Positions 20,989 to 30,500 of a DNA stretch of 64,000 nt are shown in pieces. Position 1 is the first letter of the stretch. The number at the start of each line of letters is the position of its first letter. The position numbers were made by a program, and so were the translations under genes. Under the pieces are notes generated by a model that saw only the letters and a program-made list of their open reading frames with translations, did no database searches and was not told where the DNA came from. This DNA is from Candidatus Obscuribacteraceae bacterium (lineage in GTDB: Bacteria; Cyanobacteriota; Vampirovibrionia; Obscuribacterales; Obscuribacteraceae): NCBI GenBank assembly GCA_044226015.1, contig JBGAHS010000002.1, positions 1,171,435-1,235,434 on the forward strand, written 5' to 3'.

Positions 20989-21186
20989 ATGGAAAGACAA
21001 GGATTGGCTCCTCAGCCGAGAGATGAGGCTAAAGAAAGCGCACTTGTGCAGCAATGTTGGGCGGAAGAACTCCACCTGAGCCGAGCAGATGTAGCAAACA
21101 AATCTCTTAAAGATGTCAGATCACTTACGAAAGAAGATCAAGACAAAGTTTATAGATGCATCGCAAAAAAGGTTGGCGAATCCTAG
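20989..21186 (+). CDS. Small hypothetical protein
   Basis: GGAG RBS before ATG 20989; 65 aa. Confidence 0.4.
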   Translation: MERQGLAPQPRDEAKESALVQQCWAEELHLSRADVANKSLKDVRSLTKEDQDKVYRCIAKKVGES

Positions 21187-21273
21187 ATAAAAAAAGCGGA
21201 TCCCATCGGCGCACAATCCGGATCCCGTTAGCGTGGTCAGAGTATCCATATGCGGAACTTCTGTTTCGCATAT

Positions 21274-21622
21274 GGGGCTTCTTGACCGATTTGATCAAAA
21301 ACCCTCTTTATTGGGTTTCGGGGATCTCAAAATCAGGATTTTGATCGATATCGATCTAGTGGAGGCAATTAGTTGGCTTTCCGGCTCTGATGTTAAGGGG
21401 GCGCAATTCTCCTCATGAGATCTCCCTCAGCGTCGACAGCGGATCCGCATTCGAAACTTGGGTTACGCCAAGGGGCTTCTTCACCGATTTGATCAAAAAC
21501 CCTCTTTATTGGGTTTCGGGAATCTCAAACTCAGGATTTTGATCGATATCGATCTAGTGGAGGCAATTAGTTGGCTTTCCGGCTCTGATGTTAAGGGGGC
21601 GCAATTCTCCTCATGAGATCTC
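21274..21622. repeat. ~150-bp direct repeat x2 (198-bp period) containing GATCGATATCGATC
   Basis: Copies ~21274-21424 and ~21472-21622, nearly identical; cores at 21343 and 21541. Confidence 0.9.
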
Positions 21623-21854
21623 GTTCAAAGAAATTCACTCCACTACACGCACTAGTATCTCAATCGAAAAATCGAAAATTCGAAAAATAACAAAGCACAA
21701 ATCAAATATCAAATCATCAAGATAGAACCCCCAAAACCCGCATGGGGCTGCCGGTTATTCCGGCAGCCCCCGCGAATGCATCAAGCAGAATGACTAAGCA
21801 CAGATTGACTAGGCACAGATTGACTAAGCACAGGTCTATCGTTGCTGGTCGATG

Positions 21855-22478
21855 CTACCGCGTGAAGCCATGCTTTTTCATGTCTTCAATGTCCTTTTCA
21901 CTTGGCGCCTTGTACGTTCCCATGATCCAATCCGCCAGCGGAGTCACCACGCAGAAGTTCACACGCGGATACACGTGGTGCATGTAGTGATAGCGAGCCA
22001 GATAGAGACACAGTGACGACTTTGCGAACCAGCGAGCACGCTTATCCCGGTTGGTATGCATTTGCACATGAATAAAGTTCCATGTGACGTGATGCACCGC
22101 CAGTGACACCATGAAGGTCACACCGACCACACACAAAGAAAGCCCCACAGTGGTTGCAATGCCGCAGCAGTAAGCAGCGATAAACAGGGGCGCCCAAGCC
22201 CAACTCGCGGCGAGTTGCCCAAACAAAATTCGCAGATGGATGTTTACCGTCAGACAGTCGCCCTCCGCCTCATCGAAATGACGCCCGGGAAAGCACTCGC
22301 CGTGATGGAAAGTGCGATGCTCATGCAGCGTTTCATTGAAGAACTTAAACCGCTTGCTGAACCATGTGGGCTTGTGCATGAAGACGCCGTGGCTGATCCA
22401 CTCGATGAAGGAAATCAGGACATAGGAAAAGGCGAGCGAAGCGATGAAAACAACCGCCCAGAAGAGATTCGAAGTCAT
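21855..22478 (-). CDS. Fatty acid hydroxylase / sterol desaturase superfamily protein
   Basis: His boxes EWISHGVFMH, HRTFHH, HVQMH, YHYMHH with TM segments. Confidence 0.8.
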   Translation of the reverse strand: MTSNLFWAVVFIASLAFSYVLISFIEWISHGVFMHKPTWFSKRFKFFNETLHEHRTFHHGECFPGRHFDEAEGDCLTVNIHLRILFGQLAASWAWAPLFIAAYCCGIATTVGLSLCVVGVTFMVSLAVHHVTWNFIHVQMHTNRDKRARWFAKSSLCLYLARYHYMHHVYPRVNFCVVTPLADWIMGTYKAPSEKDIEDMKKHGFTR

Positions 22479-22532
22479 AGTTGTAAGTAAAGTAAATCGG
22501 TTAAAGAAGAAACAGCGCCCTGCATGGGTTCG

Positions 22533-23321
22533 CTAATCTATAGACTCAGGTTTCAGTTTCAGAATTTCAGTCCGCAGCATTTCTGCCGCCTCCTTATCCG
22601 CCGAAGGCAATTTATCACTGCTGATGGGCTTACCGAACCGCACAACGACACCCCGACGGAAGGACAGAAAACCAAGCAGCAGCATCAGATACTGCAACCG
22701 AATGGGGAATCGTTTGATCCACGGGCCCGGATATCTGCCGTAGCGAATGAACACCGGCAAGAGAAAGCTTTCGCGCTGGGTCTCACGCGCAACTGCCTTG
22801 CAAATGTTAACTGCACCGGTGCGGCAGCGCCCCATTTCACCATCGAGATAAGTCCAGCCCTCTGGAAAAATCACCTGAGGCTCACCATTGAGAACGACCT
22901 TCAGACCGGACTTGCGGCTTGCTGCGTAGGCGCCCATTTTGGAGACCAGCCAACCGAACAAACCGAAGAAACCAGACATCACACCAGGGTCAGCCATGTA
23001 GCGCATCCGCCGTTCATTGAGAACGGGTGGCAACACAAAGATGTCTGCGAAATGAGAATGGTTCGGCGTGATCTGATAGCTGTACTCCGCAGGAACCGCA
23101 CTGAGATTCTCACCCCCCAGGACCCTAACCCTGCCGACGAAAACCCAGGTCAGAAAGCTCGAGAGCCGACGTTGCCAGCGCCAACCACGCACCGTAGGCG
23201 GTGGCGGTACATACCCAGGCGTCCGCAACTCAGAAAGCTTGGCGCGAAACTGCGTCAGGCGTCCACGCTGAGAGTAACACACTGCAAGCAGCGCAGAGAG
23301 TGGAATAATCCAATTGAGCAT
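22533..23321 (-). CDS. PlsC-type acyltransferase (paralog of 3648-4559)
   Basis: NHSHFAD, IFPEG, shared IRYGRYPG.WI.+.PI.LQY segment. Confidence 0.88.
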   Translation of the reverse strand: MLNWIIPLSALLAVCYSQRGRLTQFRAKLSELRTPGYVPPPPTVRGWRWQRRLSSFLTWVFVGRVRVLGGENLSAVPAEYSYQITPNHSHFADIFVLPPVLNERRMRYMADPGVMSGFFGLFGWLVSKMGAYAASRKSGLKVVLNGEPQVIFPEGWTYLDGEMGRCRTGAVNICKAVARETQRESFLLPVFIRYGRYPGPWIKRFPIRLQYLMLLLGFLSFRRGVVVRFGKPISSDKLPSADKEAAEMLRTEILKLKPESID

Positions 23322-23390
23322 AGAGAAAGAAGTTGAATTTTACCTGGACTGTGTTTCGCTCTCGACCCGCCAGGAAGGTCGAGCGTTTTC

Positions 23391-24503
23391 TTACAGAAGT
23401 CCGTATTCTCTGAACACCTGCGAAGCTACGTCAGCAAGATGTTGTGGCTTCTTCTTGCAGGGCACAGGGTGGCGGTCGCGCCAGAATCCAATCTTGCCCA
23501 TAAGTTCACGAGCAGTCATCAGGCGCTCGCCATGCAACAAGCCGGCGAAGGCAAGTCGGTTAAGACAAGCCTCGAAGCTCACCATGATGCCGTACCATTT
23601 CTCATCCGGCGTAAGCTTGAACTTAAGTGTGTGCACGTGGTCGATCTCTGATCGTACTTCCATGACGCCGGTGGTCTCATCACCCCAGTCAAAACGAGGG
23701 CTAATGAGCCAGAGTCGCCGCGCCCAACGATACAGCCGCCTCATCATCGGCTTCAGGCTTGGCTCGCTGACGCGACAAGCCAGAACATGGTCAGGACGCG
23801 CTCCGAAGCGCCGTATGTTGATACCCACCGGGCAAAACCCGTCCTCCGTTAGCGCGCCATCGAAGAGGTGCAGCCCCTTGTAGCGAAGGGCTGAGATGAC
23901 ACCAGGAATGGTGGCACTAGCGCGCACGGCAAGTCCGAGGGACGCAGGAGTGTCCGAGAGCACGGTCTCCTTGCCAGAGCGCTCATCGATATGAAACACA
24001 CCATCTTTGTTGAAGACCACCGGAGAACCGTTCTTGCTCGTAGCGAGAGTAGAAAAGTTAGCCGGCCATTGACCATCCAGCCCCAACTCGCTGGCGTATT
24101 TTTCAATCACGTTGCCGAGTCCAGCACTGCTGTATAGTCCGGTTAGCCGAGACTCGGTCCAATCAGCGTGAGAAGGCCGAACAGCGGGGGCACCAAAGCA
24201 AGCGAACACAGGACTTAGCAAACCGCCATTAAAGGACATCATCCTATCGAAGTCGTGGTCCAGGGCGACGCGCAATAGCTGTGCGGATTTCATACCGCAA
24301 GCCAGAAGCGCGGTTACGACAGCTCCGCCACTTACACCGAAGAGCCTGCGCCACTTGTTGATACCCGCGAGTTCGCAGGCAGCAGCGGTACCGACACCCG
24401 CCAGCACGGCGGCAGATCCTCCGCTGCTAATTGCCAGCTCAAGGTCGTTGAGATCAAGCTCGGACTGACCTCGCCGACATTGAAACATACAGGATTTTTT
24501 CAT
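23391..24503 (-). CDS. Patatin-like phospholipase (paralog of 4954-6063)
   Basis: SSGG, GVSGG, FDGA; shared CPVG, WG.ET.GV, DEKW, GFWRD segments. Confidence 0.85.
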   Translation of the reverse strand: MKKSCMFQCRRGQSELDLNDLELAISSGGSAAVLAGVGTAAACELAGINKWRRLFGVSGGAVVTALLACGMKSAQLLRVALDHDFDRMMSFNGGLLSPVFACFGAPAVRPSHADWTESRLTGLYSSAGLGNVIEKYASELGLDGQWPANFSTLATSKNGSPVVFNKDGVFHIDERSGKETVLSDTPASLGLAVRASATIPGVISALRYKGLHLFDGALTEDGFCPVGINIRRFGARPDHVLACRVSEPSLKPMMRRLYRWARRLWLISPRFDWGDETTGVMEVRSEIDHVHTLKFKLTPDEKWYGIMVSFEACLNRLAFAGLLHGERLMTARELMGKIGFWRDRHPVPCKKKPQHLADVASQVFREYGLL

Positions 24504-24598
24504 GATATTTGAAGTAAGAATTCAGCAGAAACATATCCGATTTCTCGGGGAAAACTTTGTGGGGTCTGGGCAGTGTTCTGCCCAGACCCCAGCGAGGT

Positions 24599-25066
24599 TC
24601 ACGCGAAGCGCACATTCGGGCGATGCGCGAACTTGTGCCACACGTCAGAACCCTCTTCATCGTTGCAAGCGTCCTTGACCACGTCGATGCGACTGTCTTC
24701 CAGACGGTCAGCAACACCCAGAACAGTGCGTTGCACGCACTGCAGTGTATTCACACCGCAGACTCGGTACACGTTCTGAAAGTACTCGTTGCCAATGCAC
24801 GCCTCCAAGAGCTCTTCAGAGCCGTCGTCTTCGCGCTTGGTCTCAATCGCCACTTTATCGTAGCCTTCGACCAACTGTAGAAGACGTTCGTGCGTAGCGG
24901 GGTATTTGGCATACTCCAAAATCACGATCGGATGATTCGCAGCTCTGGCACTGCGAATTTCTGCAGCGACACAATCGATAGTTGCTTCATTCAGACTGGC
25001 TCGAAATCCAGGCTGCATGTCGATAACCACGAGAATGTACGGTGATGTATTTTTTGTTTCGTTCAT
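24599..25066 (-). CDS. Isochorismatase-like cysteine hydrolase (paralog of 8989-9447)
   Basis: VIDMQ, K.EDDGS, CGVNTLQCV. Confidence 0.78.
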   Translation of the reverse strand: MNETKNTSPYILVVIDMQPGFRASLNEATIDCVAAEIRSARAANHPIVILEYAKYPATHERLLQLVEGYDKVAIETKREDDGSEELLEACIGNEYFQNVYRVCGVNTLQCVQRTVLGVADRLEDSRIDVVKDACNDEEGSDVWHKFAHRPNVRFA

Positions 25067-25099
25067 ATTCTTGTTTGGTTTTAGAGTTTGATTTTAGTT

Positions 25100-25200
25100 T
25101 TGCTTCGGTTTTGGAAATCGGTTTAGTTCGGCTTCCGTTCGGTTTTGGTTCGGCTTCTGTTCGGGTTTAGTTCGGTTTTGGTCCGGTTTTAATTCGGCTC
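25100..25200. repeat. Low-complexity TTCGGTTT(T/A)G repeats
   Basis: Repeated ~10-nt units upstream of the cysteine hydrolase. Confidence 0.6.
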
Positions 25201-25687
25201 ATGCGAGCTGGAGAGAAAAGCCTCAAAAGGCTTCTCTGTTCAACGCGCACAACGCGCACAAGAGCCCAGAAGGTCTTAGACTACTTCTGAGCACAGATGG
25301 AAACTGAATTTTGCTGGGTGGGGGTTTGGGGGTGACGGGCTGCTTTTAGGGATTTGTGATCTGGAATAACTTCAATCTAGTCGGTAGTAGCGCCAATTCA
25401 AAAAACTGCCTCCACAGCCGCGAAGGAGCAGCCCCCAACACTTACAGGCTCAAGCCCCACCCGAGCCCAGGCATTCGCTCCCCAGATTTTATGGAAATGC
25501 CCGTCTCGCATCGACGCGAAGTTCCGCTACGCCAACTCACGTCAACCTTGAAGCCACACCTCCGAACACCGTCGCCACGCGGAAAAAAGTCTACCGGAAC
25601 CAAACAAGCACGAGCGCGTCTCTGCGCGAAAGTAAAAGTCCTGGTTCGCCTTGCGGCGAGTAAAGCAGGTTAGAGAAGGAGGAGTTC

Positions 25688-26314
25688 ATGAAGCTTTTGG
25701 CCCCATTACTGGCTGCATCATTGGCACTTTGTGCAAGTACGGCCTTTGCACAAACAACAGAAACTACCACGACCACCACAACCATAGAAACAACAGAAGC
25801 TGTAAGCCCCGTTGTTCTGCCAGCTGGTGTCACATACAAAATCGTGGATCCTACAAAATCAGTCATTGTCGGACAATATGTCGTCGGACAAACAATAACA
25901 CCAGGTTTCTACGTAATTGACGAAACCACAGGAAAAGTAGTAGCAACGGTAAACGACGCTGGCAAATTAATGCTATTGAGCAGTATGCCGTCTGTGGTGC
26001 CTCACAACTTCCTCGTTGTAGATGGTGCACTAGTCTATTATTCCTCAGACTATGCGTATCGCAGAGCTAAACTAGAGCTCGAAGTCGCATCTGACTACGC
26101 CGGCGGTCGTCTCACACATGAGCAAGCCCGAAACTTGCGCCAGAAGCTTGCGGTCATAGCGTCACTTGAAACCAAACGCAAGTCTGATTTGACCTACAGC
26201 AAAGGCACGATGAAATCAATCGAAAAGAAATTTGCCGATGTGGAAACGTACAAGGCAAAGTATGTTGCTTCAACAAACACCAAGAAAGCAAAAATTGGTA
26301 TTCGGGTAGACTAA
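25688..26314 (+). CDS. Hypothetical secreted protein
   Basis: GGAGGAG RBS, signal peptide (ASTAFA), poly-Thr linker. Confidence 0.75.
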   Translation: MKLLAPLLAASLALCASTAFAQTTETTTTTTTIETTEAVSPVVLPAGVTYKIVDPTKSVIVGQYVVGQTITPGFYVIDETTGKVVATVNDAGKLMLLSSMPSVVPHNFLVVDGALVYYSSDYAYRRAKLELEVASDYAGGRLTHEQARNLRQKLAVIASLETKRKSDLTYSKGTMKSIEKKFADVETYKAKYVASTNTKKAKIGIRVD

Positions 26315-26858
26315 ATCCAGAACAGCTCAAATCTTGATTTCTGTGTGAGATCAGAACAGTGGTAGCGGTGTCCAAGCGCCGCTATCACTGTTTGTAATTC
26401 TCTGTGCTACATCACCCAGCAACTTCAAGGGGATACCGCTTCTCGAGCGTTCGTCGGCGGCTTCAACGGCTGCTTAAAACACAAAATCTAGGAAACCCGA
26501 CTTCCAATGCGTCCATGAGAGCGTTTGCTACTCCTCTTCGCCTTGAATTGGAATGCTACTCCACTTCGCCTTGAATTGGAATCTACAAATTAGTAGAAAC
26601 TTCATCGTACCGTTTGAGTTTCACCGTTTTCCGCGCCAGCACCTGCCACGATGCTTTTCCGAAAACTGACGGGAGAAAACAATGAGCGGCCCTTCGCAAA
26701 ACCACTCTGCAAAATACTGAGCTCTTGCCGACCAGATCGCCGAGTTCGTTCACCCAGAATCGAGGAATGCATCAATGGGTAAAGATGCTGCCGACTTTAG
26801 GCAATCAAAGGGGAGCGGCGCGGTAAACTCAAACCTCTCCAACGAATCCACGGAAGCA

Positions 26859-28067
26859 ATGAATCCAAGCATTTCCCTCTTGCAGCCCTACCCCTTCGAA
26901 AAGCTAGCAGCGCTATTTGATGGTGTAAGCCCAGCCAAAAAGAAAGCGATTCTCTGGTCAATCGGCGAACCGAAGCATGATGCACCAGAATTCGTTTTCG
27001 AGCTTATAAAGAGGGAGTTAGGAGGACTCAGCAACTATCCACTCACGGCTGGAATGCCGGAACTCCGCGCCGCCATAAGAGACTGGCTCATCCAACGTTT
27101 CAAACTAGACAGCAGCATCTTGCATGCCGACAAGCACATCGTTCCAGTAAATGGCACCCGCGAGGCTTTGTTCGCGTTCTGCCATTTCATCATCAATCCC
27201 TCAAGCGATGCGCTTGTACTGATGCCCAACCCCTTCTATCAAATTTACGAGGGCGCTGCCTATCTCGCCGGCGCAAGACCCTGGTACATGAACCTGAATC
27301 CGGACAGCCTCTTGCCAGATTTCGACGAAGTTCCTGAAGAAGTTTGGCAGAAATCTCAGCTCATCTATATCAGCTCTCCGGGCAACCCAACAGGAGCCGT
27401 TTTGAGCCTTCAGGACATGCAGAAACTGATCAAACTGAGCGACCAATTCAACTTTGTAATTGCTTCAGACGAGTGTTATTCCGAAATCTATCCGGATGAG
27501 AACAATCCACCCTGCGGATTGCTGGAAGCCGCGCACCAGATGGGACGAAACGACTTCAAAAACTGTGTCGTTTTTCACAGTCTATCTAAGCGCTCGAGCC
27601 TTCCTGGTATGCGCTCTGGCTTTGTTGCGGGCGATGCGGAATTGATTCGCAAATTCAAACTTTATCGCACCTACCACGGCTGCGCCATGTCCCCACCTTT
27701 TCAGAAAGCAAGCATTGCTGCATGGCAAGACGAAAATCATGTCGTTGCAAACCGCGCTTTATATAGAGAAAAATTCAAGTTGGTTCACAATATTTTGGGT
27801 GAATTTCTCGATGTAAAACAGCCAGCAGGCTCGTTTTACCTCTGGCCGAAAACGCCGTTCGCCGACACAATGTTCGCCAAGTTTTTGTATCGCGATCAAA
27901 ATTTGACCGTTCTTCCTGGCTCATACCTGTCTCGCGATTTCAACGAAGTTAACCCTGGCGTTAACAGACTGAGAATGGCTCTGGTTGCGCCAATTGACGA
28001 ATGCAGAGAAGGGGCAGAACGTTTGAGAGAGTTCATTGTGGCGTGCCAGTCTGGGTCAGTGCACTAA
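26859..28067 (+). CDS. dapC: Succinyldiaminopimelate transaminase (class I PLP)
   Basis: LQPYPFEKL, SIGEPKH, PNPFYQIYEGA, SDECYSE, HSLSKRS..PG.RSG; precedes dapD/dapE. Confidence 0.9.
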   Translation: MNPSISLLQPYPFEKLAALFDGVSPAKKKAILWSIGEPKHDAPEFVFELIKRELGGLSNYPLTAGMPELRAAIRDWLIQRFKLDSSILHADKHIVPVNGTREALFAFCHFIINPSSDALVLMPNPFYQIYEGAAYLAGARPWYMNLNPDSLLPDFDEVPEEVWQKSQLIYISSPGNPTGAVLSLQDMQKLIKLSDQFNFVIASDECYSEIYPDENNPPCGLLEAAHQMGRNDFKNCVVFHSLSKRSSLPGMRSGFVAGDAELIRKFKLYRTYHGCAMSPPFQKASIAAWQDENHVVANRALYREKFKLVHNILGEFLDVKQPAGSFYLWPKTPFADTMFAKFLYRDQNLTVLPGSYLSRDFNEVNPGVNRLRMALVAPIDECREGAERLREFIVACQSGSVH

Positions 28068-28082
28068 AGAAAGGAGCAAAGT

Positions 28083-28907
28083 GTGGACATAAAAGACATC
28101 ATCGAAGAGGCGTTTGAAAATCGAGCAAAGATAAGTCCATCCAATGCTGAGCAGAAAGTCCGTGAGGCAGTTCGCGAAGCAATTATGGGGCTTGATCGCG
28201 GTTCACTTCGTGTCGCAGATAAAGAAAGCGGCTCCTGGAAGGTGAACGAATGGCTCAAGAAAGCAGTATTGCTGTCATTCCGCCTGGAAGATAATGCCCT
28301 GATGGAAGGCGGACACACAAATTATTGGGACAAAGTACCTTCGAAATTTGCTGATTTCACTGCCGAAGATTTCCAAAACGCCGGATACAGAATTGTGCCA
28401 CCAGCTGCAGTGCGACGTGGATCATATATAGCAGAGAATGTCGTCTGCATGCCAGCGTTCGTTAACATAGGCGCGTATGTTGATTCCGGAACCATGATCG
28501 ACACCTGGGCAACAGTGGGATCATGCGCACAAATAGGTAAGAATGTTCACCTCTCTGGTGGCGCAGGAATAGGTGGAGTTCTGGAACCATTGCAAGCAAG
28601 CCCAACCATAATTGAAGACAATTGCTTCGTCGGTGCACGTTCAGAAGTCGTCGAAGGAGTAATCGTCGAGGAAGGTTCCGTAATCTCCATGGGAGTGTTC
28701 TTGGGACAAAGCACGCGTATCTACAATCGCCTCACTGGTGAAATCAGCTACGGTCGCATTCCAGCTGGCTCTGTCGTAGTGCCAGGAAACTTGCCATCAG
28801 CTGATGGCAAATACAGCTTGTACTGTGCGGTCATCGTGAAACAGGTCGATGAAAAAACCAGAGGGAAAGTTTCAATCAACGAATTGCTTCGCTCGGTCCA
28901 AGACTGA
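28083..28907 (+). CDS. dapD: Tetrahydrodipicolinate N-succinyltransferase
   Basis: [43 protein letters not shown]. Confidence 0.96.
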   Translation: MDIKDIIEEAFENRAKISPSNAEQKVREAVREAIMGLDRGSLRVADKESGSWKVNEWLKKAVLLSFRLEDNALMEGGHTNYWDKVPSKFADFTAEDFQNAGYRIVPPAAVRRGSYIAENVVCMPAFVNIGAYVDSGTMIDTWATVGSCAQIGKNVHLSGGAGIGGVLEPLQASPTIIEDNCFVGARSEVVEGVIVEEGSVISMGVFLGQSTRIYNRLTGEISYGRIPAGSVVVPGNLPSADGKYSLYCAVIVKQVDEKTRGKVSINELLRSVQD

Positions 28908-28989
28908 TACTCTAGCCCATTAATTCGTTGGACTCAGAGCCAGTACCAGACCGGCATCGGGTGAACCGAACAGAAGGATCTGCCTCTAA

Positions 28990-29240
28990 TCACGATGAAC
29001 AAGCAACTGAACCATTGGCAACAAGCGCCTGAAAAATCTCACTGAACAGTCACAATGAACAATCACAATGAACATCCAACTAAAAGATCACGCTGAACGA
29101 TTGCCAACAAACACACTGAAACATCACACGAAACAGTCACAATGAGCATCCTCGCTAAACGATCACGTTGAAAGATCACACTGAATGATTGCCAACAAGC
29201 ACGCTGAACCATCGCGCTGGACTATGACTGAACAAACTAA
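28990..29240. repeat. Degenerate short tandem repeats in dapD-dapE spacer
   Basis: Recurring ATCAC(A/G)CTGAAC, TCACAATGAAC and ATTG(G/C)CAACAA units. Confidence 0.65.
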
Positions 29241-29270
29241 TTTCAATCTTCAATCAAAAAGGAATTGAAA

Positions 29271-30392
29271 ATGAAGACACTGGAACTGGCTAAAGAACTG
29301 ATAAATCGCCCTTCTGTGACACCGGAAGATGCTGGCTGCCAGACATTTCTTGCAGATCTGTTAGCAAAATCTGGTTTCAGAAACGAGCATCTGAGATACG
29401 AGGACGTGGATAATCTATGGTCCACGCACGGACAGGGCGCGCCACTCTTTGTCTTCCTTGGACACACTGACGTTGTACCCACAGGCTCTGAAGCAGACTG
29501 GAAACATCCCCCTTTCACCGCTACCGAGGACAATGGCTACCTCTACGGTCGAGGATCCGCAGACATGAAAGGGTGCATCGCATCTTTCGTAAATGCTGCA
29601 ATCGACTTTGTCTCAAAAAAACCCGACCACAAAGGTACGCTAGCAATACTTTTGACCAGTGACGAAGAGGGAATTGGAATCAACGGCACAGCTGCCGTGA
29701 TACGAGAGTTCGAAACACGTAAGACAAAAATTGATTATTGCTTGGTTGGTGAGCCTAGCTCTGAAGAGCAACTTGGAGATGTTATAAAAGTGGGACGTCG
29801 CGGTTCTCTCACCGGCAAGCTGGATATCAAAGGAATCCAGGGGCATGTTGCCTATCCACACTTGGCGCGCAATCCAGTCCATCAAGCTCTGGGCGCACTC
29901 AAGCAGCTTGCGGACCGCGAGTGGGACAAAGGCAACGATTTTTTTCCGCCCACAAGCTTCCAGATAAGCAACGTCAGTGCAGGTACTGGAGCGGATAACG
30001 TCATACCTGGACAGATGAACCTGATTTTTAATTTTCGATATTCAAGCGAACTGAACGCTGATTTGATAAAAGCAGAGGTCCACAAGATACTCGATGAGGC
30101 AGGACTCGAATACACGTTGAATTGGCGCTTGTCAGGACTTCCCTTCCTTACTGCCAGAGGAGAATTAGTGGAAGCGATCGCAGCAGGAATAGAATCTTGC
30201 GTCGGAGCCAAGCCCCAACTTCTTACGACGGGAGGCACATCTGACGGGCGATTCGTCGCACCTACAGGGGCGCAAGTTGCGGAATTCGGACTTATTAATC
30301 GCACCATTCACAAAGTGAATGAGTGCATAAAAATTGAACACCTGGATTCATTGAAATCGACCTACGAGGATGTTTTGCAAAGGTTGCTATAG
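29271..30392 (+). CDS. dapE: Succinyl-diaminopimelate desuccinylase
   Basis: GHTDVVP, GRGSADMKG, TSDEEG, GEPS, GRRGSL, QGHVAYPH, TGGTSDGRF. Confidence 0.96.
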   Translation: MKTLELAKELINRPSVTPEDAGCQTFLADLLAKSGFRNEHLRYEDVDNLWSTHGQGAPLFVFLGHTDVVPTGSEADWKHPPFTATEDNGYLYGRGSADMKGCIASFVNAAIDFVSKKPDHKGTLAILLTSDEEGIGINGTAAVIREFETRKTKIDYCLVGEPSSEEQLGDVIKVGRRGSLTGKLDIKGIQGHVAYPHLARNPVHQALGALKQLADREWDKGNDFFPPTSFQISNVSAGTGADNVIPGQMNLIFNFRYSSELNADLIKAEVHKILDEAGLEYTLNWRLSGLPFLTARGELVEAIAAGIESCVGAKPQLLTTGGTSDGRFVAPTGAQVAEFGLINRTIHKVNECIKIEHLDSLKSTYEDVLQRLL

Positions 30393-30500
30393 CAATAGCT
30401 CTTTAGCAACTGAACTTCAGCAGTAACAAAAACTCTGGGGCATTCCCATACAACTAGCCGATCAGACAAAACCCAAACAGTTTCCCAACCTGACAACACC

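Noticed and set aside
26527..26582. 28-bp duplication (and similar short repeats at ~15590-15710, ~21790-21832, ~33950-34040)
   Set aside because: Look like simple slippage duplications; no further structure supports a function
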